NCBI GenBank assembly: GCA_951406725.2 | Contig: OX597818.1 | Coordinates: 25,482,001-25,546,000 of the forward strand | Direction of reading: 5' to 3' | From: Octopus vulgaris | Lineage: Eukaryota | Length of the DNA stretch: 64,000 bases | Shown here: positions 51,405-64,000 of the stretch, piece by piece | Position numbering within the stretch: position 1 is the stretch's first letter | Layout of the letters: every line of letters begins with the position of its first letter | Position numbers and translations under genes: made by a program | The notes under the pieces: generated by a model | Told to the model about the DNA's origin: nothing | Seen by the model: the letters and a program-made list of their open reading frames with translations, nothing else | Databases searched by the model: none

Positions 51405-52090
51405 CTGCTACATGGCAGTGAAACATGGGCTGTGACTGCTGAGGACATGCGTAAGCTCACAAGGAATGAAGCCAGTATGATCCGATGGATGTGCAATGTC
51501 AGTGTGCATACTCAACAGAGTGTAAGTACCTTGAAAAAAATGTTGGACCTAAGAAGCATCAGATGTGGTGTACAAGAGAGACGACTGCGCTGGTATGGTC
51601 ATGTGGTGAGAATGGATGAGGGAACCCATGGAAGAGGTAGACCCAGGAAGACCTGGGATGAAGTGAAGCACAACCTTCAAACTTAAAAGGCCCCATTCGA
51701 GCGTGATCATTACCAGTGTCACTTTACTGGCACTCGAGACCCGTGCTAGTAGGGTATTAAGAGCACCATCCGAGCATGATCTTTGCCAGAGCGGCCATCT
51801 GGCCTCCATGCTGGTGGCATGTAAAGACACCATTCGAGCGTAATCGTTACCTGCATCGCCTTACTGGCACCTGTGCCGGTGGCATGAGTAAAAGATTCGA
51901 GTGAGGTCGTTGCCAGTACCGTCTGACCAGCACGTAAAAGCACCCACTACACTCTCAGAGTGGTTGGCGTTAGGAAGGGCATCCAACTCTGCCAGATCAA
52001 GATTGAAGCCTGGTGCAGCCATCTAGTTCGCCAGCCCTCAGTCATTCGTCGAACCCATGCTAGCATGGAAAGTGGACGATGATGATGATG
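51405..52090 (+). mobile_element. Short 5'-truncated RTE copy with internal deletions
   Basis: LHGSETWAVTAEDMRKL..RRLRWYGHVVRM..RGRGRPRKTW, 3' UTR, (GAT)n tail; possible ATGAACA TSD. Confidence 0.85.
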
Positions 52091-52829
52091 AACAATAAAA
52101 TACAAGATTATTTTCAATCTGGCCTTCCATATACTTTCAACGCCCTTCTGTGTCTCTGGTCTCATAAAATTTAGGGAATCTTCCATTAGATAATCCTCAC
52201 AATTAAATCTCTGGAACTATTAGAGAATTCAAACTAAGCATTAACAGGCTTAATCCCACAGTTTTTTTTTTTAATTCACCATTAAAGAAAAGTGTGCAGA
52301 AGTAATCTTTCAACAATTTGTTGAAAGGAGTAGGTGGAATATCTCTTGTACATATAGTTATTGAACTATATCCATTTTATTCTTATAACATAATTTTTAA
52401 AAAACAAATTTTAAACATGATGCAAAAAGAACTGCAATCATTCTTTTCTCTGCATGCATTTTTAACAAAACTGTATTTATCTCAAATCACTTACAAAAAT
52501 GATTTATATTCAATCAAATCAACAAGGGAATTTGTAATGGGTCACTCAGTCTACCAGAAATGATACTCAAATCTTCCTCAGACCACAGCCTATTATCTTC
52601 TAAAAGAACAAATCAAATAATGTTGTCTGGAATACACTATTCCTGAAAATAAATTATCTTCTTTCAAAACGATTGCTAACAAAATAAACACTTAGTATTC
52701 CTTACAAATAGCCATTAATCTAAGATTTGCTATGAGAACACAGTGCATATTGAAGTAAGGTAGTGAAAATAATATGATCACTATAGAAAACAGCAACAAT
52801 AATGAAAATGAGATATTTATGTATTTCAG

Positions 52830-53016
52830 GTAAAATTAGCCTACCAGGAGTCTGAATTATTGACTTTATTGAAGAAGATCCCACTGGGTCAATCAGAACT
52901 GAATATTTTGAGGGAAAAAGCAGAGCAACTTCGGGATGGCAAATTACAATCACGAGGTGAAGCCCTCCTGCCTCTCACTTTGGCTAGTTTTATATTTGAC
53001 CTCTTCTGTATGCCAG
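52830..53016 (+). CDS. ZSWIM8: ZSWIM8 coding exon
   Basis: tcag|..|gtaag; VKLAYQESELLTLLKKIPLGQSELNILREKAEQLRDGKLQSRGEALLPLTLASFIFDLFCMP. Confidence 0.96.
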
Positions 53017-53159
53017 GTAAGCTCTTTACACAGCTTGATGTTTGTACTCTACAAAATATTTTTGAATTAACAAAAGATAATGCAGTAACGTATCCAGTCA
53101 ATACTGATTCTTCCAAAAGACATAGTGCATTTTATTGTTTTTCTTTCTCTTTTCAACAG

Positions 53160-53273
53160 CAAGTCCAGCTTGTGGTAACAATGGCAAATCACCTAACAGG
53201 TCACAAAGTCAAGTACTAACAAAATTACCATCATATGAAAAACTTGGATTTGAGGCTGCTGTTGCTGCTCTTG
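53160..53273 (+). CDS. ZSWIM8: ZSWIM8 coding exon
   Basis: acag|..|gtatg; ASPACGNNGKSPNRSQSQVLTKLPSYEKLGFEAAVAAL. Confidence 0.92.
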
Positions 53274-53788
53274 GTATGTTTTGCCTAATAGAAAAATTTT
53301 GTTTTGCTAGATTTCATTTCAAATTAATGCTATTATCATCTAAATATTATTCAGATAACAATTTTGTAAAATCACAAATCCTTTATCTCTTGTCCTGTCA
53401 AAAAATTTTTTTGTTCTACATAAAAATTACTGCAAAATAACTTTTATTCTTTTTTTTAAACATGCATTTTTAACTATTGAATGCAGCATGACTTTACATT
53501 ATAAATTTTTATTTTTATCAAAAAATTTCTACAATGCTAATTTGCAAAGGTTATTCATATGGTTCACAGTATAAAGAAAATGCTTTATGATATGTAATTC
53601 AAATTCCTATTTCTTTATTCAAATCTAGTCTTATTTGATTTAATCTTTCATTCACCTCTTATAGAGCAATAAGTTCTGATAAAATATACCAGAACTAAAA
53701 AGAAGTTTTAACTCTAGGAAGAAGTGAATAGGAGCTTAAATCAATTCACTATGACTCCTTTTTGACCACTTTTTAATTTTGTACATAG

Positions 53789-53913
53789 GTTTGAAAGCCA
53801 ATGTTTCAGAAGCAGAACATCCTCTTCTATGTGAAGGGACTCGTAGACAGCGTGGAGATTTAGCTATTACAATGCTTGTTCATTACAAGGATGACCAGGC
53901 GAAGTTGAGTAAG
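53789..53913 (+). CDS. ZSWIM8: ZSWIM8 coding exon
   Basis: atag|..|gtaaga; GLKANVSEAEHPLLCEGTRRQRGDLAITMLVHYKDDQAKLSK. Confidence 0.96.
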
Positions 53914-54162
53914 GTAAGATTTTTGTGCCATTAGAAAATCAAAATATTGAAGTTTGTGTGTGTGTGTGTACACATATGTGTATTTAAAACTTTTGGAATG
54001 ATAATACATTACCATAACAGCACTTTCAGAATGTTTTGGTGGGTACCTAATATCAAGATTAAAGTATTTCATGGTTTTACATCCTCTACAAATGAGCTAC
54101 CCAGCTACAATTGTGTTTGAATTTTATATTATTATATTTTATATTTAAAGACTAATAGGAAA

Positions 54163-54345
54163 GGCGCAAGCATGGCTGTGTGGTTAGGGAGCTTGCTTCC
54201 TAGCTACATGGTTTCGGGTTCAGTCCCACTGCGTGGCACTTTGGGTAGGTGTCTTCCACTATAGCCTTGAGCCGACCGAAGCTTTGTGATTGAATTCGGT
54301 AGGTGGAAGTTACTGCCATGTGTGTATATGTGCGTGTAGGTGCTT
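54163..54345 (+). mobile_element. 3'-truncated tRNA-derived SINE (family A)
   Basis: GGCGCAAGCATGGCTGTGTGGTTAG..GGTTCAGTCCCACTGCGTGGCAC. Confidence 0.75.
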
Positions 54346-54555
54346 GTGCCTCTCCGAAAGAGAGAGATAGGGAATGTTTTTGAGAATCAAAAATTTCACA
54401 TGTGTTTTACATACCCTCTAAGCAAAGGTGTGATAATTATCAATTCACTGTGTAAACTAGGTATAGGTTAATTTATAATTAGTTTTCTCTATATTTAAAG
54501 TTTTGAATAATAATAGTAAAGATTAACAATTATTTTTTTTTGATTTGACTTGCAG

Positions 54556-55073
54556 ATTATTGACAAATTACTTGACAAAGAAGTTCATCAAATGTATAAA
54601 GCCCCCAGTTTGTCAACTTATTTATCCAATAAATCTGGTAGCCATCAGTCATCATCAACAACTGGAAGTACTGAGGCTGGAGCTAAACGCACCAAATTTG
54701 GTTCTTGCAGTGATCCCAACACTACCAGTAGTAAATCATCTTCAACTCAACACTCATCAACATCATCATCATCATCAAGTCAACAGCATGTAAAAGAAGA
54801 CGACAGCAGTACAACAACTGTTACGGCAGCTGCAGTCTCCACTACAAACACCATCAGCAGTCACTCAGCTTCTTCTGCTGGACGGCTTGATTTACCTCAA
54901 TCAGGCATGCTTATGGGTTCATCAGGTTCTGTGGGCGGCGATCCCGATCAGAGTGGATGGCAAAATTCTCCAGCACAGAGACTTGACTATCTCAACCTTG
55001 AACAAGGACAAGCAACAAGCAATCATAGTACAGGTGCCCGACCAAAAACCATGTATTCTCTTAAATATAACAG
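54556..55073 (+). CDS. ZSWIM8: ZSWIM8 coding exon (Ser/Thr-rich disordered region)
   Basis: tgcag|..|gtaaaa; begins with conserved IIDKLLDKE and is open for 518 nt; phases 0/2 fit. Confidence 0.92.
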
Positions 55074-55449
55074 GTAAAATGTTTACTTATATGATGAGAA
55101 TTTCTTCTGATTTCTTTGAAATGTATTTGACAAGAGATTTTGTTTTGAAATTACATCTTGAAACTTGTCTATTTTGGGAGAATCATTTTTGTGTTATATT
55201 TTAAAAATTGTTTGTTTTTTTTTAATTCCATAATTATAATAATTAGTTACAGATGTTAGCAACTCTCAAAGAAAAGGAAAGAAATTCATAATTAATTTTT
55301 CAATGTTAATTTACATGCTTAGGGGAAAGAAAGTGTGATCTTTACTGGCAAAAGTCAATTGTGGACATAACTGAGCAAATGGCATAAATTGGGGAAAAGA
55401 AGTTTGTGAGTAATGCAATTTTGCACAAAAAGATTCTTTATTCTTTATA

Positions 55450-55620
55450 GGCGCAGGAGTGGCTGTGTGGTAAGTAGCTTGCTTACCAACCACATGGTTC
55501 CGGGTTCAGTCCCACTGCGTGGCATCTTGGGCAAGTGTCTTCTACTATAGCCTCGGGCCAACCAAAGCCTTGTGAGTGGATTTGGTAGACGGAAACTGAA
55601 AGAAGCCCGTCGTATATATG

Positions 55621-55655
<35 letters not shown>

Positions 55656-55842
55656 TTGTCCCCCTAGCATTGTGTGGCAACCGGTGCTGGTGTGTTTACG
55701 TCCCCATAACTTAGCGGTTTGGCAAAAGAGACCGATAGAATAAGTACTGGGCTTACAAAGAATAAGTCCCGGGGTCGATTTGCTCAACTAAAGGCGGTGC
55801 TCCAGCATGGCCGCAGTCAAATGACTGAAACAAGTAAAAGAG
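55450..55842 (+). mobile_element. tRNA-derived SINE (family A), the best-preserved copy
   Basis: GGCGCAGGAGTGGCTGTGTGGT (A box), GGTTCAGTCCC (B box), TTGGGCAAGT core, (TA)n(TG)n, tail GACTGAAACAAGTAAAAGAG. Confidence 0.9.
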
Positions 55843-56410
55843 TGTAATGAGTATTGAAATGTTGCTCTTTGTTGGAGAAAGAAAATAAAAACTTAGCAAT
55901 TATTAGTGATTCTCAAAAACAAAGAGAAATCATTTCAAGAAATTAAAATTAGCATGTCAAAGTTTATTAACATGGTTTTCCTTTTATTTGCATTTTGCAC
56001 AACAGTTTGTCTCCACTGATATTATATGAACACGAATTGGAATACATGAAAATGAACAGTCACTGATAATGAGTCATGAGTGTGACTGATTAGGCCTGAT
56101 TTCTTTTGAAAATTTTGGGAGAAAAATATTTTTAAAGTTTTTCACTCTCCATTCTCTTTCTGCAAATCATTGTTGTCAGTACTGTTATCCAACATTGACT
56201 GCACTATTGGAAATTGAATCAACCATGTATTATACTTGATGCATTTTTTATTTGTAGCATTCAAAATTCATTCAGAGTTGTTTGTTACTAAATCTGAAGC
56301 TCATATAAAAGAGCAGAATTCATTCGTTCATTTTACATCTAAATTTTTACTGCTGAAATTTTCATTTTCTTTTGGTTAAATTAAATTCTCTCTCTTTCTG
56401 TCTGCTTTAG

Positions 56411-56514
56411 TGGCAAAGATACTGACAGTTCAGCTTTGGAAGAAGATGGAGATGATTTGAAAGCACTTGAGGCTCGTATACGCTGTATGACTTTAAGGAA
56501 GAAACCATCACAAG
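56411..56514 (+). CDS. ZSWIM8: ZSWIM8 coding exon
   Basis: Pyrimidine tract + ttag|..|gtatga; SGKDTDSSALEEDGDDLKALEARIRCMTLRKKPSQ; needed to convert phase 2 to phase 1 between the flanking exons. Confidence 0.88.
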
Positions 56515-57064
56515 GTATGAATTTGATATATGCATTAGGGTGCTATAAGGTGTGTTTGTAACATATAACTTGAGAGTGCTTATTCAACTCACTTTATTCC
56601 TTAACTTCTTACCATAATGCTTGTAACTATCTGTAGTTGTATGTTGCAAAAGAACCCACATGCTCTCTCTTCATATCTTTGTTTTATATTACTCTCAACT
56701 ATAATGGCTCATCTCTCTATCAGGTTTACATGAAGATTCTTTCTCCCATGCTTTCTCAACATTTAATAGCCTTTCATATTATAGTAGCATATGCACACTT
56801 TTCTTTTCATCATCATTATGTGCAAGTGAACCATTATTCATCCACACACTCTGCTCTCCCACAATATCTCAATTTTCTTTGATACACTGTTTTGCAATCC
56901 TGAACATTTCATCCCTCTGGTCCTCATAGTCAGTATAGATTTGCTCTACTTGTGTTTGAGATAGACGTACTGATATAAGGCATACTGGAGGATTTACCCT
57001 GGAGTTGCTGTATACAAATTATTTGGTATTTATTGCAGGAAGTATGCATGGTTTGAATGAGAAT

Positions 57065-57605
57065 CCTGGCATGGGTTGGATGGTTTGACCAGAGCTGGCA
57101 AACAGGAGAGCTGCTCCAGTTCTCTGTTCTGCCTTGGTTTCAATAGCTGGATGGCCTTTCTAACACCAAACACTTTACAGCATGTTCTGAGTGCTTTTAT
57201 GTGGAACTGGCACAGGGCTCTTGCAGGCTAATCCCCTTCATCAGTAAGAGCAGCATTAACACTTCTGCTGTGGAGGACAGATCTTCTTGAGTACAGCAAG
57301 TCACTAGATATGTTGGTCCTTTGTCATCTCCATAAGGATCAGTGTCTTGAGGTTATCCTTCAGTACTTTGTCCCGTGTCTTCCTTGGATCTCCCTCTGCC
57401 ACGAGTTCCATCCACTTTGAGTGATCAGCTCTTTTTTATGGAGCTATCAACATCCATCCATGTTACATGGCCAAACTAGCACAGTCTGCTCTCTTGCACA
57501 TTCCATCTAAATCCACTTATGCCTAACTTTTCTCTCAGCACACTAGTACTCTGTCACACATGTACACTTACACTACACATCCAGTTGAGTACACTAACCT
57601 CTGAA
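57065..57605 (-). mobile_element. Old RTE 3' fragment
   Basis: Minus strand NWMCSVSVHV..QESRL..FGHV..KTRDKVLK; 3' UTR remnant CAGCTATTGAAACC..CCAACCCATGCCAG. Confidence 0.65.
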
Positions 57606-59261
57606 GGAATGTATAACTGCAAAAAGTACTGAGGTGAATATTGAAAAAACAAGGTAAAGGCAAATAGTAAGGCGGACAGACCAGGGAAGTGATAGAGTGC
57701 AGGAAAGGTGTAGAAAAAACTCCATTCAATGTACAATATGTGCTTGGCTGGTTCATCAGAAATGTAGTGAATTTGAGAAGGTTATTAACTGACATGGCAG
57801 CTACACATTAGTATAAAGTGTGTATGGAGGAAATTGCAGATGAAGGGAATGTTGAAATGGATCTAGGAAATGGCATGAAGATGGAAGTTGTGCCAACATT
57901 TAGTTACTAGAAGATATACTGAATAAAGAAGCTGGATTAGACTCGACAGTGGTGGTGAAATTGAGAGCCACATGGAGAAGTTTCGGGAAATAATTGGTGT
58001 GCTAATGAGGAGGAGGGGAAGATCACTGAAACTGAAGAGCAGACGTGTGCTGCATGTGTGAAAGTGCTATGAGATAAGATTTTTGGTGCCCTGCAAGGCT
58101 AAACCCTGTTTTTGCTGGGAAATGACGTTAATCTTCTTATATTGTACTCTTTTTGAAAAATAGATGGAAGTATATGAGCTTCAGATTTAGTAATAGAAAC
58201 TCTGAGTTTGAATGGTGTTTGAATGCCACAAGCATAACACATGGCAAACTTAACACTAGGTTATTTCCAATAGTGATGAACAGCTACATTGAAAGCAATG
58301 ATTTTCAAATGAAGAATGAAGAAAACTTATAAAAATATTTATCTTCCAAAATCTGTCCCATTCATACTCATTGATTATTTTCTTGTTTTTTTCTAATTCA
58401 AGTGTTCCCCATAACTTTGGAAACTTATTGTTTTACAAAATATAAACAAAGGAAAAAAGGGAACAAACTGAATGCGATTAGGGTATTTTTACTGTAAAAA
58501 TAATAATAAATATAATTTAGTATGCTACATAACATAATACTAGTTTATAACTCATTTTATATGGTGATATAAACAAAATTTGAATAACTTTATGCATTCC
58601 CCTAATTTTACTTGCATTTAACCGTTTCTTGCATGCCAAACATTATAATTATATTAAATAAGAAAAACTTAACACAAAGGTGTATTTTAGTTCAAATATA
58701 GTAACAAAAAGGTTAATGCCTTCTTGGAAAGAGAGTAACTTTGAAAATAATGCCTAAAGAAACTGAAATAAATCAAGCTCTCTCTTCATTTCAGTCCATG
58801 GGTATGGCTACACTTGTATATATAAACCTTTGTAAAATTATAAATGTAACAATTATATTGTTTCCCTATATATTGATGTGTGTGTGTGTATATAATTTTC
58901 ATCATTTTATGTTGAACAGGTTGTGACTGCTTGAGTCCATTTCCAGAGTTATTGCCCTCCTAGGTAGTTTGGAGGATCACATCTCACTTGAATGTTTAAT
59001 TTTTGATAGGATTATTTTAAAGTCACCATGTATAAACTGACATCTTGCTTTTATAAAATTTATCAACTTCAGACGTCTTTAACTTTTGTACATAAATCTT
59101 TTTAATGGAACTTAGTCTGTTACTTCTTTCAGTCATTGGACTGCAGCTATGTGAGGACACTGCTTTCAAGAATTTTAGTTGTATCCATTACTTATTTTAA
59201 TCTGCTACTTATTTTATGAATTTTTTTTTTTTTTTTTTTTTTTCCCCCCTAATATTTCCAG

Positions 59262-59460
59262 GTATGGCTAGTATTGATAGCAGTGCACCAGAAACAACCT
59301 CAAGTGATAACTCCCCTACTCTGATACGTCGCAGTTGGTCAAAGCATCAAGGGCCAGGCAGTGACAGTGGTAGCAGTGGTAAGAGTAGTGATTCACTTGG
59401 GTCTAGTAGTTCCGAGGAAAAAGTTGCTGTTAACTGTAACAAAGTTAGAGAGAATGAAAG
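59262..59460 (+). CDS. ZSWIM8: ZSWIM8 coding exon
   Basis: Long poly-T + ccag|..|gtaata; GMASIDSSAPETTSSDNSPTLIRR..GSDSGSSGKSSDSLGSSSS, matching the recalled ZSWIM8 DSSAPETTSD.SPTL.RR motif. Confidence 0.95.
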
Positions 59461-59619
59461 GTAATAATATATTGAATTATGTCTCATGTTTGTGCATGCA
59501 TACACACAAACATTTTTCTTCTAAAATCATTTGCTTTTTAATCGAGATTATTTACACACATTTAATACAATGGCTATTTTCTAAGACATTAAACTATCTT
59601 TTATTTTTTTTATAATTGT

Positions 59620-59948
59620 TTCAGTCATTTTACTGGGGCACTGCCTTCAAGAATTTTTAGTCAAATGAATCAACCTTAATACTTTTTTTTTAAACCTGGT
59701 ACTTATTCTATCGGTCTCTTTTGCTGAACTGCTAAGTTATGGGGATGTAAACACACCAGCACTGGTTGTCAAGTGGTGGTGGGGAACAAATACACACACA
59801 CACACGATAGGCTTCTTTCAGTTTCCATCTACCAAATCCACTCACAAGTCTGAAGAAGACACTTGCCCAGGGTGGCATACAGTGGGACTGAACCCAGAAC
59901 CATGTGGTTGGGAAAGGAGCATCTTACCACACAGTTACGCCTATGCCT
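59620..59948 (-). mobile_element. tRNA-derived SINE (family A)
   Basis: Reverse complement of 55450-55842 with a deletion. Confidence 0.8.
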
Positions 59949-61244
59949 AGTTAGCTATTCTCATTCATATTGCTAATTAGTATCACTTATCATTAGAATA
60001 CTGATTACAAAGTTCATGAATGAGAGAATCACTAGAGTCAAACAAAAAGCTCTGCAGCATTTAGTCACATTCCTTTACATTTTGTGTTCAAATCCTGTGA
60101 TGGTCAACTTTGCTTTTCACCCATTTAGTTGGGACGATAAAATTAGTACCAGTAAAGTATAGTAGGCTGACTAAATACCTATACCCATCCCACAATATTT
60201 GCAGCTTTTTACACAGTTTAACATCAGTGTTGTTCTGATTAGGACATTCTTCTGATTTTTTGTCATTCATATTCTCATAGCATAAATAGACAGATGTTAT
60301 TAAACTTTTTGCCTTGGAGTTTTGTCTTTATGATTGTGTGTGTGTGTGTTTGTTTGGGGGCAGAGGTTTACGGTATCTACTTAACTCCACTGGTCTACTT
60401 TTAGTTAGAACACATTCACAAATGTTCTTGAACTCTAGTGCAATGGTTTAACCTAATCAGTTGAATGTTGGCTTCTGAAGTTTTATAGAAGCAAGTTCAA
60501 TCAGTATGCAATTGATATTTTGATGATGAGGATGGTTAGGATAATTTAAATACTTCTGTTGTGTTATATAAACCATCAGTTAAATATTATTTAGAATTAG
60601 TGTTTCAGATTCCTAGCTTAGGACTGTCACCAAGCTAAGATATTAGTTTTGTTTTAAAAGTGAAATGTTTTACAAAACAACTTTTATTAACACAATACTA
60701 ATCTTAGAGACTTTTTCTGGTGATCCCCTTCATAGAAAAATATTTAAAGGTAGCCATTTTATATTCTTAAAATCTACTTTATATATATATAAATTTGTAA
60801 TGCCTTATGTGGTGCTGAAAATTATGTTGCAAGTCCTTCATTCTTCAATTTATGATCAATATAAATCTAATAAAGTCTCATTTGAGATTGAAATTGCTTT
60901 TTGTTACAGTTCACTCTTTCACCATTCAGGTACACAAAATTTGTCATGCAAATGAATTACTCTTCTTTCTGTTTGTTATTATCTCCCGCTGATATTTTAT
61001 GTGGTCAAGCTCTATAGTCTCTTCAGTCTATTTGGTCAAAGCTGACATTTAATAATGCTAATTGAAGTTTAGCAGTCAATATGTCCAGGTATTGACATTA
61101 AGCTGTCTTAATTGATTGCGTCATGTTAAGAATGCATACTTGACATTTATGCACTCTCCCCTGATTACTACAAAATCTTTGCGAAATATTTTCTCCAAAG
61201 AAAATTCAGCTTCAGTTTATTCTCTGTCTTGTTTTCTGTTTCAG

Positions 61245-61328
61245 TCTCACAAATCCATTTCTGGCCAGGATCACTTCCTTAGTTCTTATTGATACAAGAA
61301 TGCCATCTACTAATATGAAGACTATCAG
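61245..61328 (+). CDS. ZSWIM8: Candidate 84-bp symmetric ZSWIM8 exon
   Basis: Strong pyrimidine tract + tcag|..ATCAG|gttagt; phase 2-2, open: (S)LTNPFLARITSLVLIDTRMPSTNMKTI(R). No recognisable homology. Confidence 0.55.
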
Positions 61329-63634
61329 GTTAGTCCAGAATGGGTGGCCCCTGATTAATCGAAAAGTTCAGTTCTCAAAAATTGGTCCATTAAGCAATGT
61401 TTCATGAAACATTTTTCTAATAAAAACCTTTTTTGAAAATGGAGATATATTCATATATCAGAGGAAAATATCTCACCTGCATATAGTAAGTGTGTTTTTC
61501 ATATGACCTTGAACATCTGCTGCACAGCATTTGAGATGTCCAAAAATAAATTTTGCAGTACCATTCAGGAAACTGAATGACAGTTCATCAAATAATATAG
61601 TGAGGATTTTAGTGTAATAAAAACATATAATCAAACTATTTTCTTCCATTTTGATGGATACAAAAGTTGTTACAGTCACAGTGTAACAATGTCTTTTTAA
61701 ACTTTCACAATTCACATATAATATCTAATGAAATACCATTATTACATTTTCCTGTAGCTATTGCTTATGCTCATTATTCCATTTGCTTTGAAAGTTGTAA
61801 AATGTGGCTCTTAAATCTTTTCATATTGATCAGTAACTTTACATTTGTCTTCTCAAGCGTTGTTACTTCTAAGTTGTCAAGTACTATTTTCTTGTTCAAT
61901 GTAAATTCATTACTTAAACTCATAACAAATTCTGTTATATTTATATATTGTTGTGATTCATCGAAAGATTGTTGCAGTTTTCTCTTCTTGCATATACTAT
62001 AAAGTTCTAAATATTTCCCCGAGTTATTTTTGCTATATTTTCTCTTTCCATTTTGTTTTGTCGCAAGTTCTGTTGTCTACTCTTGTTAACTTTTTCTGTA
62101 CGTTTACCAGTATTTTAAAATTGTCATCTTACATTGCAATTGCAATTTTCACTGCATTCTGTTAAAGTAAATAAGCTATGCTATATATATAATTTTCACT
62201 TGTGTTACTTCAATAATTATAAAATTAAGCATAGTGCATTGATATTTATGTATTTTTATATACATTCAAAATTATACCTCATTCTGTTTCTCTAATTGCT
62301 TCTCTTATAGTGATAAATGGCCCCAATGATTTACATTTCAACAATGAACTGAAATAGTTATATCCATTTCCTGGGGATACTTGTCATAATAATCACTTTA
62401 ATAGGGAGTTGCAATTGTGTGTGTGTTCCCCTATTCATACATGTTAGTAATTAGAATGTATGTCACTGAATGGTTACTGTTAGTCCAGGTAGAATAATTG
62501 AATTACTTGAATTTATATTGAGAAAAGTAAAGTGGTTGTTATCATGAAGTACATCAACTTATGAAATAAACAAATGTCTAAAAATGTGTACACTCTATCC
62601 AAGCTGTAATAAAAATGTTGCTCTATATAATCACGACAATTACTATTGTAATCAATAGCCTCTTAAAAGTAGTACAACCTTTACTAGAAGCATTTATTTA
62701 CCCTTTTATTATTTCAGAAAAGTGTCAAGCTCTTTGTAACCTGTGGGATCTGGGGAATCCTCTAGGGTTGAAATTATTTGCTTTTTTGTACTTGGCTTTT
62801 TTTTTTCTACAAAATTTTTTATGACAAAACCGTAAGGGTAGTATGATCTCCAAATGATGACATTTTGTTTCTGATTCAAATTTTGGTTAAAAAAATCACA
62901 ACTGAGCACAAAAATAATTGTTTTGGGAACTTGGTTGTAACAATTATCATTTTGGGTTCAAGTTATAGCGCTTCCTTATTTAGTCATTCCAGTAATAAAA
63001 TAAATTAGTTTAATAAGTTTGCAGTATTGTCTTTATCTGCATAAATATTACATACACTTATAGTTGATTTTCATATTAACTGTAGCTACACATGCAACAT
63101 TTTGGCTCTTTGAAAACAAATTTGTAAATAATGTCAAAATACCATAGGATTTAAGAAAATGTAGCCATAGTAAATGAGAAAATGTTGATTCTTTCACCAA
63201 GCTGTTTCGTTTCATTCAGAAACAAGGAATGTGAAGAAAGAAGTTCATGTCAGTTTATTTTCTCTAAGTCAATTTTTTGCAAATTTCTTAATCTTTTGAA
63301 GAAAATGTAATACAGTTTTTTTGTTTTTTTTAATTAGTCAAAGAAATGAAAGAAAGAATAGAAGCAGTGCTTGAAACAAATATTAACATGTTATTTAAAG
63401 CAATTTGTTGTTACTGTTGTAATGGAGCAGTAATTATATTTGCAGAAAAAAACATTTTGATGAGCATCCAGGAAATTGAATGAAAATAGTTTTTAATTGT
63501 CAGCACCATTTAAGTTACTCAGAAATTATAAGGGATGGTTCATTTTCACTAGTCATTAAATTGCTACCTTTATGTCTTCATCATATTTTATCTATATAGA
63601 TGACTCAATTATTGATTTCTATCTTTTTCTTCAG

Positions 63635-63915
63635 ATACAAAGGAAAAAGAATTATACCAACTACACCAAATCAGCCAAGTGAAGCTTCTGCTCATTTTAT
63701 GTTTGAGTTGGCAAAGAATGTTTTGTTTAAAGCTGGGGGTAATAGCTCAACCTCACTTTTTACACGACCCCCAAATAACAACAATCCTACTGGACCACAT
63801 CGCAACTTACATCTATGTGCTTTCCAAATTGGTCTCTATGCTCTTGGATTACACAATTGTGTATCACCCAACTGGCTGTCTCGTACCTACTCTTCTCATG
63901 TTTCTTGGATAACAG
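63635..63915 (+). CDS. ZSWIM8: ZSWIM8 coding exon; the gene continues beyond the window
   Basis: tcag|..|gtaat; YKGKRIIPTTPNQPSEASAHFMFELAKNVLFKAGGNSSTSLFT..GPHRNLHLCAFQIGLYALGLHNCVSPNWLSRTYSSHVSWITG, strongly conserved in ZSWIM8. Confidence 0.97.
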
Positions 63916-64000
63916 GTAATATCTTAGTCTCTACTGCTAATGATTACATGTATTGAATATTTATGTTAAATGTTTATTTTCATACAATAGTTCCAAAACA

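Noticed and set aside
52827-52835. AG|GT junctions at several exon starts as recursive splice sites (also 46869, 59262)
   Set aside because: Explained by split Gly codons or a Val codon at ordinary conserved exon starts; no independent evidence.

Overview
Eukaryotic (animal) genomic DNA, AT-rich and repeat-dense. The SINE/RTE/microsatellite landscape resembles an octopus (coleoid cephalopod) genome; that assignment is inferred from recalled repeat families. The + strand carries 19 coding exons (18 well supported, 1 candidate) of a ZSWIM8 orthologue (SWIM zinc-finger Cullin-RING ligase adaptor for target-directed miRNA degradation). They run from 26517 to 63915, have GT-AG boundaries and splice in frame into about 1,318 codons; the first and last exons lie outside the window. 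The introns contain many copies of an RTE-type LINE whose RT carries an inserted C4HC3 PHD-type finger and whose 3' UTR has a 62-bp hairpin repeat array. They also contain BovB-like and CR1 LINE remnants, two Penelope-like remnants with decayed hammerhead-ribozyme motifs (one with a tRNA-like cassette in inverted pseudo-LTRs), Helitron-like termini, two mariner remnants, an unclassified DDE transposase relic, piggyBac-like MITEs, tRNA-derived SINEs, and a 6-kb TA/CA microsatellite block with an assembly gap. The long IY/CV/HT ORFs in the ORF track are microsatellite artefacts.
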